From Felis catus (Eukaryota): DNA of 64,000 bases. The position numbers were made by a program, and so were the translations under genes. The notes beneath the pieces are model-generated. The model saw nothing but the letters and a program-made list of their open reading frames with translations, searched no databases and was not told the origin of the DNA. The stretch covers positions 29,824,001 through 29,888,000 of the forward strand of contig NC_058383.1 of the NCBI RefSeq assembly GCF_018350175.1. Reading direction: 5' to 3'. Positions 23,787 to 36,518 of the stretch are shown in pieces (position 1 is the stretch's first letter; each line of letters starts with the position of its first letter).

Positions 23787-24689
23787 TATGTTTGCTTCCA
23801 TCTCCCGCGTTCTTGGAAACGGCGGCTGCAGGTGAAGCCGTGCCGGCTGCCGTGTGTTTTGGCAGGTCTTGTAAATGTCTCCACTTTCCTTTGATGGCCA
23901 CTTGGAGTGCCCTGGTTTGAAGGCCCCTTTGTGCTTCAGAACCCCACCGCTTTATGTCATCAGGTGCAAGCCAGTTTTTAATGGCATTGCTTGAAGAAAA
24001 GAAGGCAAAAAATAAACTTTATTACACTTTGTCATCCCTCCTCCTGAAGAATCGCGCCTGAGTCACCTCTCACTCGCCAATCTGTTCTGGATGCAATTAA
24101 AGTTAAATAGCCTTTGGGACCAGAGCAGCCTCATCTTTATTTACAGCACCTGCAGATGAAGCAGCTCCCTTCTCATTTTAACAGCTCCTCTAGTGGCAAA
24201 AATCTCTTTTCCAAAGGAGCAGGTGGAGAAGCGATAACAAATGGCTCCCAAACATTTTCCTCTGGGGACAGAACGGAGATGGGGCCAGGAGAGGGAGCAG
24301 ATCTGTGCAGTGGCCATAGATGTCCTGCACACTATGGGCTCAAGTGCAGGGTGCTGCCTTTTCTCAGCCGAATGACCTTGAACAGGTCAGGGAAACAGGC
24401 CGAACCGGTCACCTTCTCAAACAGTAAGATGAGCGGGGAGGACAGTGCCTGGTCAGCCAGTCCATAGGACTGTGAGGTCCCAAGGAGATCGTGGAGAAGT
24501 GTTGTTATATTTTTAGTAGCAGCGAGAGGGAGCCAAGGGTGTGGAAGCTATTATTTCAATTTTCAGGTGCATTGCATTTTGTTTGAGACCCTTCTAGTTC
24601 TCTATCATTGTGCTAAAATGCCTTTCTTCCTGCCTTTCTTCCTGGCTTTCTTCCATCTGTCTCCCTGTGCCTTTTTCCCTTTCTCCTTT

Positions 24690-25135
24690 GCCATTAAATT
24701 GCTCAGAGAGTAGTTGTTAAACATCTACCATGTGCCAGGCACTGAGTTTCTAGCAGAGAACAAGACAGATGCGGTTTCTGCCCATAAACAGCTCATTTGC
24801 TAATGGAGGGGAGACCTGGAAAAAAGGGAGGTGTTCTGTACTGTTATGTGATTAGCCCGTGCGGTGTCCCCAGGAGGGAACATGTGGGGAGTTGTGAGAA
24901 CATATAACAGAGAGGCTAACGCAGCCTGAAGAGTCAGGGAAGCCTCCCTGTAGAAGTGGTCCTTACGTGGAGACACGAAAGATGGCTGGGAGTTAGCCAG
25001 ATGGAAGGAGGGAATAGTCTTCCAGGTGGGTGGAACAGCATGTGCAAAGATATGGAGGCTGGTGGGCTAGAATAAAGCAAGTGAAGGGACAGTTAGGTTA
25101 CAAGGGTGAAAAAGTAGGCAGAGGCGAGATCAAGG
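24690..25135 (-). mobile_element. L2 fragment
   Basis: ctaccatgtgccaggcactg...gaacaagacaga...gtcagggaagcctccc...gaacagcatgtgcaaag. Confidence 0.8.
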
Positions 25136-26344
25136 AGGCAACTTAATTGGTAAGAGTGACAGCGTCTTGACAAAGCTCTTCCAAATGAAGGCTGATACAA
25201 TGTCCTGGCAGTGGTGACACAGAGCTAAACCAAACCCAGAGAAAACAAGCAAGTGCGCAAGACAACAGTAAACAACTCTGGTTCTGATCCACCTGGAGCA
25301 TCTGCCACATTTTTTCTAGAAGGTGCGGGCTGGTTTTTTCTTCACTCAAATCACCAACTGAGAACTTGGTGTGTGTCCACTCAGCTCCTTCTGGGACGTT
25401 AGCGAATGAAGGTATTCCTTGCCCTTCTGTCCCCAGAAGGAAGTTCCAGAGAAGAGGGAAAGACCAAAACAGTTTCCTTTTCATTGCTGTGTTAAGCTCT
25501 TCATGTGGGGAAATAGCGCTCCCCGGACCCAGAAGGCTGGCACCATGGTTCATTCCTTTAATCCGAATCGTTGGCTGACAATGCTCTTTGGAAGTCCCTA
25601 TCAATCAATCTATGACAATGTTCTTATAAACACCCTCCCAGCCTCAGCTGGACTCCAGCAGACAGACAGCTTTGCCCCCAGGGGATGGTGGCCTCCCCTG
25701 TGGTGGTGTTACCACGAAAACCTCATTATGGAGCCCAGGCAATCACATTTACATTGCTAATTGAAGAAGAAAGCTACAGTCAACACGGAGTGAGAATTAT
25801 TGGACAATAGCAAGGAAAAACTTCCTGAGCACCCCTGGGGCTGTCAATGTCAGCAGCCACCGCAGGCCCCTGTGCCAGATGCTAATAAAAGAGGAGGAGG
25901 AAATGGGCACTGAGGAAACTCTGCAGTCTCCAGAGATTCTCAGTGCTTGCCTGCGGTGGGGAATTGTGAGATATTTCAATGCAGTGGGACTTCATTGATG
26001 TGGAGCGGGGTGGCAAAGGGGACTCCTTTGTTGGGAGCGTTTTCACAGGACCGACAGGGATATCTGGCTGATTCCACCAGTACTCAGAGGGTGGGTCTGG
26101 CTCGGGAAAACACCTCTGTTTCCAGTTTGTGGGTTCTGCACCTTCACCGTGACCATCACTGGACCGGGGACCTTCTGGGTGAGTGGAATTGTTCACTTCT
26201 GTGTCATGAAGGATTACAGAGCCGGAAAACAACAGGTCCTCCCCTCTCCCATGAAAGGCACCCCGGAAGGGAAAACCACCTCTCTGTCCCCAAATTACAT
26301 GACAACAGTCTGTGACTCTCACATTGGATGTAGGGGATGTAGGT

Positions 26345-26372
26345 TTTTTATTTATTTATTTATTTATTTTTT
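26345..26372. repeat. (TTTA)n microsatellite
   Basis: Seen directly. Confidence 0.8.
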
Positions 26373-28169
26373 ATAAATTCTCCTTGTGGTCAGTGAAGAG
26401 CCGGGTGCACAGCTTTCAACGTGGGAGTGTTTGAAAAATATTTGTTGCTTGCATTGAAGGAGTATGGACAAATGGGATGAATCTTGCTGTTGAACTTTAG
26501 AGGGCTGGGGGAAGGAGTTCACGCAGATACGACCGCCAGAAAGAGGATAGTTCACGAGTATGGCTGCGGCCTTCCAGTTCTGTTTTAACTGGAGCGATCC
26601 CTTTTCATTTTTTTTTTTTTTAAAGCTTTTAGTTAGGGAACGTGTCCAACAGAAGCGAAAATTTCAAGAAAGTGTAATGAAAGCAAATAACAAATTATGT
26701 CCTCAAGATGGCGGAATAGGGGTTTCTACTTGGGCCCCCTCCACACGACTTTGACTTTGACAGTCACCTGTGGAAGACAGTACCTTCCTGGGAATCTGGG
26801 AGTCCAGTGGAGACATTCTAGCACCTGGCTGGAGCAAAAGCACCAAGAAGATACACATCGAAGAGGGTAAGAACAGTTTCACTGTACCCTCTGCTCCATA
26901 GCACATATCTCAGTGCCAAGAGACCCCTTCAATCCATGATTTCTCCAGTGGGGCCAAGTGAGAGCACGTGAGTAGGAACGTGGTTTCCCAGCCATGTAGG
27001 ACATTGCCCAAGAGGACTTCTGTCTCCTCCATCCAGAATACTGAGGTGAGCTGCCTGATGGAAGGCCAGGGAGAGCCATAGCAACCAGAGCTCAGAAAGC
27101 ACCAAAGGGATGCACATCCTATTTGCTTCTTCACGGACTCCATCAGAAAGCCCTCCTACAAGCTGCTGGGGATGCCTAGTCTGTGGACCCCCCCCCAAAC
27201 TGGCCCATGGGCAGCCCCAATGATCCTCCAAATTCATTCTCCTCCCCTTGTGTCCAGGTCCCTGCCGGTGATCCCATGGATGGAGAGTGTGAGCCTTCGC
27301 AGACCACTAGCTAGCAGGTGCAGAAAGCCTGGCCAACTCTGTAGGATGCAGGAAAAGCACACAAACTGGGCATTTCAGGGCACTGCCCTAGGGAAAACAG
27401 ACCAGACACGCCCAGCACTAGGCCTGTCTTCCGGGGCTCGAGAGAGACAAAAGATCTTAAGAATTCTCTCTGCAATTCTCCTCATGCTTTCCCTAATGCT
27501 CCCATGGCCCCTTCTTCCCTTCCTTCCCTTCTGATTAGAAACCCAGAGCTTTATTGTCCCCTCTGCCCTACACTTCCCATGACTGTATCTTACGTTGAAG
27601 CCAAGAGGTGGGAGGAGAGAGGTGGTCAAGAAACAGTAGAAATGCTCTTTCCCTCTCTCTGGTTTCAGGAGAAACTTGCCCAGTTGCGGCCATCACTGTG
27701 GACCCTGCTGTCCTAAGATACCTGGGGGTGGGGGCTGGGGGACCGGAAAATGGAAAAGGCATGACAGGAGAAATCACCTCCTTCCTGAGACCTTTAGGGA
27801 CATCCTTCCTCATTAGACTAGAATGAAGGTTCTCTTGGAGTTCTTACTGTCTGCCTTACTTATTGCCAGTACCTAATTCTGGGTCTTGGCCTGCCTTTCA
27901 GTCCAGGCTGCGGATGCTAGTGAAGAAAAAAATCGCAGAAATTCACTGCTGGATTGGTCTTGCTTTGAGTTCTGTTCCCACCCCTCCTTTCCCCCACCTC
28001 CAATCAGAGTCCTCAGATGTTGTCTCAAGTATTCTTTGCAAGGTTTTTAATTGCACGGGAGAGACAAGGTGGGCTGTGCTTCCTCCACGGTACCCGGAAC
28101 TGGAACCCAAATGATTCATACTTTTTAAAACCCTATGATACTTACTGGGCTTAAGTTCTGCATTTTAAA

Positions 28170-28565
28170 AAGCTAGTTTATTGGAGTACGATAGATGTAC
28201 AATGAAACATACACATATTGAGTGTACGTTCAGTGGATTTTAACAAATTCATATACTCATATAAACATCACCCCCCTGGAGATGTAGAACATTTCCATCA
28301 CTTTAAAAAATTCCCTCGGGGTGCCTGGGTGGCTCAGTTGGTTAAGCGTTCGACTTCAGCTCAGGTCATGATCTCACAGTTGGTGGGTTCAAGCCCCGTA
28401 TCGAGCTCTGTGCTGACAGCTCACAGCCTGGAGCCTGCTTCTGATTCTCTGTCTCCCCTTCTCTCTTCCCCTCCCATGCTCATGCTCTGTCTCTCTCTTT
28501 TGCTGAAAAATAAACGTTAGAAAATTGTTTAAAAAAAAAAAAAAAGAAAATTCCCTCATAACCCT
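28170..28565 (-). mobile_element. L1M extreme 3' end fragment split by a SINE
   Basis: tttattg...gtgtacgttcagtggattttaacaaat...tagaacatttccatcac. Confidence 0.7.
28318..28546 (+). mobile_element. CAN-SINE
   Basis: Full copy; TSD aaaattccctc. Confidence 0.96.
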
Positions 28566-30217
28566 GATGCTAAAACAACAATATCAACAAAGTTTGAAAA
28601 CCTCTGGAATGGAAAAATACCATTTGCTCTTGAATTTTGGTGCATAAAGTCTCTCATTTCCCAACTGCTTCACTCTACTTGAGGGGGAAAGGGCTCAGTG
28701 GACTCCCAAATGAGGCAGCACGTAGGGTGATGGGGCACACAGGGCAGAGGAGGAGGTGAGGAGCCAGAAGAACAGCCCATTGGGGGAGGAAATGGGCATC
28801 TCTTGGCTTGGGCAGGCAGGCCTCCCACAGAACCCTGCTGGCCAGTCATACAGACGGCAACTCCCCAGGAGCCTTGGCATTCTGTGAGCCTGCCAACAAA
28901 AGAAACAGACAGCAAGCATATTTCTCAAAAATCAACTTGATCCATTTCCTGGAGGGGAGGCTGTGCGTCCGTGTGCCAGTCACATTAGGGTGGTCAATTT
29001 CCTGCCAGCTCTTGGTGGAGAATGAAACCCACATGGTCTGTGGGGGCACCCTACCCACATGCTACCTGGCCTAAAATGCAAGTAGCCCGAATCCTCCTCG
29101 AAAACAACCCCTCTCTTACTTACTGAGGACAGATGTGAGTTTAGAAGAACATGCTATTGGCGTAATTCTTTTTTTTTATCTGGGTGGGACTTCTCCAGGT
29201 ACATTGAGGTTGGGAACACGTATGTGGGCTGGCAGATCTCTGAGTTGCATCGGTGGTCTAATGTCTCTTGGCCGGTTTAGAAGCGAGTTGTTGCCTGTGG
29301 AAACAGCTATCAGATTGAAAATAGTAAGTTATGAATATCCTCGATTTTTTCCTTGTGTTTGAGTTCATGGAAACTGTTACTTGCCTTTCATACTGGTAGA
29401 TAATTTGGGGCTGCTGGTAATAAAACCTCATAACTAAACCCTTAAGAGTGGAAGGGAGTAAGGTAGAGCCCATTATTAAAGATCTCAGCATTTACTGGTT
29501 ATATACATACAGTCCAGGGGAAGGTTAAAAATATATATACCTTTTTCAGGTCAGGTCTTATATCAAACCATACAGAGGCCACTGACAACTGGAGGGGGTG
29601 GGAGGTGGCTCCTCCTTTGTACGCAGTTTTGTCACCAGCATCTTGACAGGGACAAGTCCTCATTTATTGGTGCAAGTGCTTTCTCCTCATGGTTGTGGTT
29701 GACTTGAACTCCCTTCAGCTCCCCTCATGATATCCTCCTCTTCTATTCAGTATTTAAAAATAGGATGTCACTTGCTCAGCTACATCTGGTTCCACTGAAG
29801 ATAAGTGCAGGGATGGGGGTCTGGGTTGAAGGTAGATGGTGACTTTGAACCCTGTGAGTAAAGCGTTGACAGTCTTAGACAGTGAAACTGCCATAATGCA
29901 CAATGGTCTTCCTCTGGGCTCTGAGTTATTGCCATTATTATGTTAAAAGGAGTTTTTTATCTGACCCCCCCATGGCCACTTTGAATTCCATTACCAAATG
30001 TGCCCTGTTCCCATTTGTTAAATTACCTTTGCAATGTCCAGGCCCCCGGGAAGAGGGTAAGAAAAGAAAAACCCATGCACGCTTTATTAACCTTAGCTAA
30101 AAATAGGAAATAAAGTTTTTGGGAAGTATATCCTTTTTAAATAACAAAAGCACAAGGACGTTGAAATGCAATAACTTCTTTAACAACTTAGAGTCTTTAA
30201 AAAATACATATGGATGT

Positions 30218-30320
30218 AGGTGTGCCTGGCTGGCTCAGTTGGAAGAGCGTGACTCTCGATCTTGGGGCCATGCGTTGGAGTGACCCATTGGGTATAGAGA
30301 TTACTTACACAAATAAACTC
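30218..30320 (+). mobile_element. Short tRNA-like CAN-SINE lacking the CT region
   Basis: gcctggctggctcagttggaagagcgtgactctcgatcttgggg...ttgggtatagagattactta. Confidence 0.8.
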
Positions 30321-31586
30321 ATATGTCTATGTATATATGGATTTGGGTCCCCTCCCTTGTCCTGCACCATTAGGATGTGTGGAAGCAAATCCCAAGCACT
30401 ACATTTTGAGCCAATCTGCCAAATAATTCTTAAAGGACTCAGGAACCACAGTTTTAGAGAACTTCTCTGCTCCCTGCATGGGAAAGAAAAGAAGCAACAA
30501 TCCCGTCCAGGGCATGGGTGACCGAGAGGGCATGTGCCCCTTGAGCAATGGATGAGAGTAATAATATCACCCAAAGACTTAGTGAGAAGTGAGAAGCTGA
30601 CTGCTAGGAGTTAGATGAGGAATTAACTGTTAGTGACAACATGGATAATTAATTAGTTATTTAAGGAAGTTGGATTGTTGAAGGTTGAATTAGGAACGTT
30701 TAGAGCAAGAAAAAAGTCATACTGATCTACAAGATGAAAAGCAAGGGTAACAACATCCCCAGCATTGAAGATTCCCTAAAGGGACATAAATAATAAGAAA
30801 GTTTTTCTGCCAAGCTGAAGCAGGACATACTATGTGTCGTTTCTAGTACGAGGGGCACATTTCTGTTGATTGGGAACCTTAATTCTTTCATACTGTAGGC
30901 TTGGTGCTGACTGAAAGCTTGGTGATGGTCACGAGATAGATGGAGACTTCTGGTAATCTGTGGAGCACCCGAGAAGGGAAAACTCTTCCATTGTTCAGTC
31001 AGTCAACTCTTCTGTTTCTCATTGATTAACCAATCAATCATTTATTTATTCCACAAATATTTATCGAATGCCTACCGCATGTTAAGTTTAATGTTATGCC
31101 CTAGTGACTGCCGGATGGACAGCCCTAATTATTTGGTGTCTGTTTCAAGACTGGCTCCCTGTGTTAGTTATCTGTTTCTGTGTAACAAATTATCCCCAAA
31201 TTTAGCTTAAAACACTGAATATTTATTATCTCACAGTATCTGTCCGTCAGGAATTCAGGAGCATCTTAGCTGGGTAGGTCAGACTCAGGATCTTACATGA
31301 AACTGAGGTCAAGATATTGGCTGGGGATATGGTCATCTGAAGGCTTGACTAGGATTGGGGGATCCACTTTCAAGGTGACTCACATGGCTGTTAGCAGGAT
31401 ACCCCGTTTCCTTACCACATGGGCCACTCCACAGGACAGCTTGAGTGCCCTTAAACATGGCAGCTGGCTTTCCCCAGAGTCAGTGATCTAAGAGAGCAAG
31501 GAGGAAGCTGCAATGTTGATGACTGAATCTTAGAAATTACCTCCTGTGACTTCTGCCACATTCTGTTCCTTAGAAATGAATCACTA

Positions 31587-31781
31587 GGGGTGCCTGGGGT
31601 GGCTCAGTTGGTTAAGCATCTGACTCTTGGTTGCAGCTCAGGTCATGGTCTCAAGGTTCATGAACTTGAGCCCTGTGTCAGCCTCTGTGCTGGCAGTGCA
31701 GAGCCTGCTTGGGATTCTCTCCATTTGCTTCTCTCTCTACCCCTCCCTTGCTCATGCTCTCTCTCTAAAAATAAACAAACA
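31587..31781 (+). mobile_element. CAN-SINE
   Basis: Head ggggtgcctggggtggctcag; tail aaaataaacaaac. Confidence 0.92.
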
Positions 31782-31782
31782 G

Positions 31783-32010
31783 TTTTTTTTATGTTTATTT
31801 ATTTTTGACAGAGAGAGGGACAGAAAGAGAGAGAGCGAGAGCGCGCATGAACGGGGGAGGGTCAGAGAGAGAGGGAGACACAGAATCTGAAACAGGCTCC
31901 AGGCATTGAGCTGTCAGCCCAGAGCCCGATGTGGGACTCAAACTCACAGACCATGAGATCATGACCTGAGCTGACATTGGACACTTAACTGACTGACCCA
32001 CCCAGGGGCC
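31783..32010 (-). mobile_element. CAN-SINE, tail-to-tail with the previous copy
   Basis: Full antisense copy. Confidence 0.92.
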
Positions 32011-32221
32011 GCTTATACCCCCATCCTTTTAATGGAGGAGGATCAAAGAACTTGTGGACATCTTTATCACAACTCACTTTATCTAAGGGACCTTGGTACT
32101 TGTGTTACGGCTAGGGTTGAATGCATATTGAAAGGTAACACATAAGCAAGCTGACCTAACTGTTGAACCACTTTCAGGTGCTAACTGTGCGGTCATTGTT
32201 GACCATGGCCATACATTAGTG

Positions 32222-32350
32222 ACACCAGGGAGTATAACTTTAAAAAAAAAAAAAAACATTAATACCTGGGTTTCGCCTCCAGAAATTCTGATTTATATGG
32301 TCTGGAATGTGGTCTAAGTATTGGCAATTTTTAAAAGCTCCCCAGGTGAT
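32222..32350. mobile_element. MER5-type hAT-Charlie fragment
   Basis: ccagaaattctgattta...ggtctgg...tttttaaaagctccccaggtgat. Confidence 0.75.
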
Positions 32351-33554
32351 AAACCATGGCCCCAGTAAGCTGAAAAATTGATTGATAAACCTTTAAGCAA
32401 CTAGATGCCACCCTAGTCTTTATTTAATTGCATGATCTGAAGAGCTCTCTTAGTGTTTTGACAAATAACCTTTGTCACCATTTTTATCCATTTGTACTCA
32501 TTTTATAGACCTTCTAGTTTGGTTTTTGTAATTTATACTGGATTCATTTTCTCAACTATATTAGAGTTTGACATAATGATATTTTCTTACAGCCTCATCA
32601 TGCATTCACACATCTAAAGGAAAAATCTTAACTCCAGCAAAATTGGCTTGAAGCATGTGTGTGCTATGTAAAAATGTCAGAAGTGCTATAATTATATTTT
32701 ATCAGGTAAAGCCTAACATTTTAATAGGCTGTGTCTAAGTCTGATTTGACAGGGTGTTTTTGGATGGTGAAATGGATGCTCAAAATAAGAAAACACCACT
32801 CCGAAATGAAATGAATCACTTGTGCCAGACAAGTAGGATTGGAGTTTGTTCTGAAGGGTCTGGATAATTTTTCTGAAGTGCTGTCCTCTTTTAATGTATG
32901 TTTATTGCATCTGATTTGGAAGGATGGGGAAAATAACCCTTCTGTGACTTGTTAATCATTAAAAAAGAGTGAACGTTGGCGAAGTTCCAGGAGAAGCCCT
33001 TAGCCAGATATTTATTTCATCTCACCATGGGGGTAATTCACCAAAATACCAAGAGTTTAAGCAACTTCATTAGCTACACAGTTCCATCCATTCCTTTGTG
33101 TGTCAAGACATAACATCATCAAACTGGAAAGATCGGCTCATTATGGCTACACTATTTATTATTATCATTCTCACGTGGGAGTGTGTTTAATGTACTTGGG
33201 TTATTGCGCGGATGTGTGTGTTGCCTCGGTTTTGTTTATAAACAAGACAGTCACGAGTCCCTTGTATTTGAGGTAGGTCCTTTATTGGAAGGATAATTTT
33301 GCACATTAGCTGGAAAATAGAGGAGCTACATATTTTACGTATGAGTGAAGTGTTGCCAGCTCTTCGGTGAAATGTTGATTTTTATCTCTAAGAAAGATTG
33401 CTTTTTTCCCCTGGATTCTAAAAAAGATCCCCTTTTGGATAGGTGGATCAGGCTGCAACGTCTGCCATCCTGGGACTGCCAGGTTTGACTCACGCAACCT
33501 GACTGCCAGCTTCCTTCCTTCTTTACGAGGCGTTCTGTGGGGAATATAGGTTAA

Positions 33555-33680
33555 GGGTATGAGATTGGAAGTTAGACCTGGCTTTGAGTCGCATCTTGAC
33601 AGCTCACTGTATGACCTTGGGCAAACTATTTCTCTACCTTCCACAGAAAGTTGTCATGAGGATTAAATCAGTGCATAGAT
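33555..33680 (+). mobile_element. MIR fragment
   Basis: ttggaagttagacctgg...tgtatgaccttgggcaa...tgaggattaaat. Confidence 0.65.
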
Positions 33681-34382
33681 AATTCTTATTTCTCTTTGCC
33701 TTGTATATTTCGTCTCTAGCTCTTCTACTGGTTATAGTCCCTGTTTCCTTTGGGAAACTTATTCCATAGTGCCCAAGTTACCCAGGGCTGGGCTTTTGAC
33801 CAGAGAAAGTTCAAGCAGAGTTTCACCTGTCTGAATTTTTTTAGTACTTTAAAGATATTATTCCATTGTCTTCTGGCTTCCATCGTTATTGCTAAGAAGT
33901 CATCTATAATTCTTAGTATTGTTCTTTCGAAAGTAATGCTTCTTTTTCGTCTGGTTGCTTTAAAATTTTTCTGATTGCCGTTGGGTTTTGGAAGTTTTAC
34001 TGTGATGTATCTAAGTTAAAAAAAAAACATATCATACATATCATATATATAATAATATATAGTTATTATGCCTACTTGGGATTTGTCGAGTTTCTTGAAA
34101 ATGTGGTTCAATGTCTTAAATCATTTTGGGAAATTCTTTTCAAAATTGCTTCTCCTGCCTTCCACCAGTCTTTCTCTCCTCGCTTACTGGACATCCAATT
34201 ACATGAAGATTGGAGCTTTTCCAGAAGTCTCATATACCCCTGATGCTTTTTAAGATGTGTTTCCCATCATTTTATTTATCTCTCTGTCCCATTCTTAATA
34301 TGTTCTATTGATATATCTTGAGATAGACTAATGCTGTTAGTTTTTGTTTAATCTGATGTTAAACTATGTACTGAATTCTTAA

Positions 34383-34729
34383 TTTTTTTTTAAAAAGTAG
34401 GCTTCATGCCCAGCATGAAGCCCAGTGTGTGGCTTGAACTCATGACTCAAAGATTAACATCTGAGCTGAGATCAGGAGTTGGATGCTTAGGGCACCAGGG
34501 TGACTCAGTCAGTTGAGTGTGCAACTCTTGGTTTTGGCTCAGATCATGATCTCACGATTTGTGAGTTCAAGCCCTATGTCAGGCTTTGTGCTGACAGCAC
34601 GGAGCCTGCTTGGGATTCTCTCTTTCTGCCCCTCCCCTCCTCACATTCTCTCTCTCTCTCTCAATAAATAAACATTAAAAAAAGAAAGAAAGAGTCAGAC
34701 CCTTAACCAACTGAGCCACCCAGGCTCCC
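34383..34729 (-). mobile_element. Short CAN-SINE interrupted by a sense SINE
   Basis: Perfect TSD ctgaattcttaattt (34371-34385, 34729-34743). Confidence 0.88.
34489..34690 (+). mobile_element. CAN-SINE nested in the body of another SINE
   Basis: Full copy; degenerate TSD gagttggatgctt / gagtcagaccctt. Confidence 0.9.
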
Positions 34730-36085
34730 TGAATTCTTAATTTGTATTTTGGTATTTTTAAAGTTCTAGAACGTCTCTTTGATTCTTTGATGTAGACTGT
34801 AATTCTCTGGTTAAATTCTCCATATTGTTATTTATTTTCTTGAATATAAAAAAGTTATTTTAATTTTTCTAGTTGATAATTGATTAGCTTGTTTTTCCTC
34901 TTTATCTTATCACTTGATATGACTGGAGTTTTATGAAATGCCAAGTAAACATATGAAACATTGTAAGAACTCTGGATGATGTTAATCAACCTCTGGATTT
35001 TGATTTTGGAAGGCATCTAAAGTAGAGGCAGGTGATCTTTATCTGGGATGAGATTGATCTGACCGGAAGCTGGATTTGTCTTTTTATGGGATGTTTTCTA
35101 TTCAGTTTGCCCTTAATTCTAGGGTGGAGTGCTTGAGGAATCCCAGTGAAAAACCTTGGGGTTTTTATCTGAGCGACTTATTTTTGGCTAATCCTACCTC
35201 CAATTTTTGTCTCACCACCACTGTGCAGCCACTATAAACTCAGCTAGCCTCCTGGGATTTAAGTTTATGCTTTCTCTTTGCCTTCTCAGCCTCTCAGCCA
35301 CTGGTTACAAATTGATAAAGGCCTCAACAGGAAACGCAAAGAGCAAATGTCAAGATGACTTTCATCTTCTCCGGGACTTTGGTCCCTCAAGGTATGGCTA
35401 CGTTAGTCACCGTGAAGTTTACTTTTAGCCAGGGCCCTACGATTTTTGAAAGAGTTGTTCTTTTTAACCCTTTCCTTATCGCTTTCTGACTGGCTTCTCA
35501 CCTGTAAGCTGCTTCCAAACTGGCAAGAGCCTCCGTGGGTATCTTAGTACAGAATATTGAGCTTTTCCTCATGTACTGGCCACCTTGGTAGCTTTCCAAT
35601 GGCTTCAAACATATTTTTAACAATTTCCAGCTTTTCGAGTCATTCTTGTTGGAACTATCGGTCTGATACACAGGTGACCATTATCGCTGGAAGCAGCACC
35701 CCCTCCTGGAAATGTTTGTTTTGGTCTGAGATAAAAGAAGTGGGAAGGCCAGTGGTATTTTCCAGGGAATCAATTCTGGGACTTACTGATGAGATCTCTT
35801 GTGACTCCCTAGTTACAGCATTTCCTTGAGATTGATTATTCATCCCTCCCCTTGAATATATTAGCCATCTACTATATTTCCAGTAAAAACCCTCTTCTTC
35901 TTAACCTACTCTGAGTTTCTATATATTCAAATAAACCACAAACATAAAACACATATGTCAGTTGACTACCTACGATATCAGGACCAATTGTATTCATGCA
36001 AGAGCATGGTTATGTAAGGTTTTTTGGGGGTAGTGGGGGGGGTCGAGTGGCCTGGTTTGACTAGGTTTTAAAAACAGCTTTGTCT

Positions 36086-36301
36086 GGGGCACCTGGGTGG
36101 CTCATTTGGTTAAGCATTTGACTTCGGCTCAGGTCATGATCTCCCTGCTCGTGATTTCTAGCCCCTTGTCCAGCTCTGTGCTGACAGCTCGGAGCCTGGA
36201 GCCTGTTTCAGATTCTGTGTCTCCCTCTCTCTGACCCTCCCCTGTTCATGCTCTGTCTCTCCCTGTCTCAAAAATAAATAAAAACATTAAAAAAAATTTA
36301 T
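36086..36301 (+). mobile_element. CAN-SINE (host)
   Basis: Full copy; outer TSD aaacagctttgtct / aaacagttggtct. Confidence 0.95.
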
Positions 36302-36518
36302 GGGGCGCCTGGGTGGCGCAGTCGGTTAAGCGTCCGACTTCAGCCAGGTCACGATCTCGCGGTCTGTGAGTTCGAGCCCCGCGTCGGGCTCTGGGCTGAT
36401 GGCTCAGAGCCTGGAGCCTGTTTCTGATTCTGTGTCTCCCTCTCTCTCTGCCCCTCCCCTGTTCATGCTCTGTCTCTCTCTGTCCCAAAAATAAATAAAC
36501 GTTGAAAAAAAAATTTAA
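36302..36518 (+). mobile_element. Young felid CAN-SINE inserted in a SINE tail
   Basis: CpG-intact young-type copy. Confidence 0.98.

Larger units (their letters stand above)
31159..32070 (-). mobile_element. MLT1 (H-like) LTR split by an inverted SINE pair
   Basis: tgtgttagttatct...tgtaacaaatta...tcatctgaaggcttgact...catggcagctggctt...; resumes at tcaaagaacttgtggacat. Confidence 0.85.
33835..35690 (-). mobile_element. Old L1 (L1ME/HAL1-like) ORF1 and 5' region
   Basis: ctttaaagatattattccattgtcttctggcttcca...tgctaagaagtc...ctggttgctttaaaattttt; T-rich antisense ORF1 character. Confidence 0.7.

Noticed and set aside
25143..27830. Cluster of 100-150 aa ORFs on both strands
   Set aside because: No recognisable domain or consistent splice signals; expected by chance in moderately GC-rich non-coding DNA.
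30218..30300. tRNA-like sequence
   Set aside because: It is a degenerate short CAN-SINE with an A-rich tail, not an intact tRNA gene.
35720..35940. Possible MLT1 3' end on the + strand
   Set aside because: Only weak resemblance.
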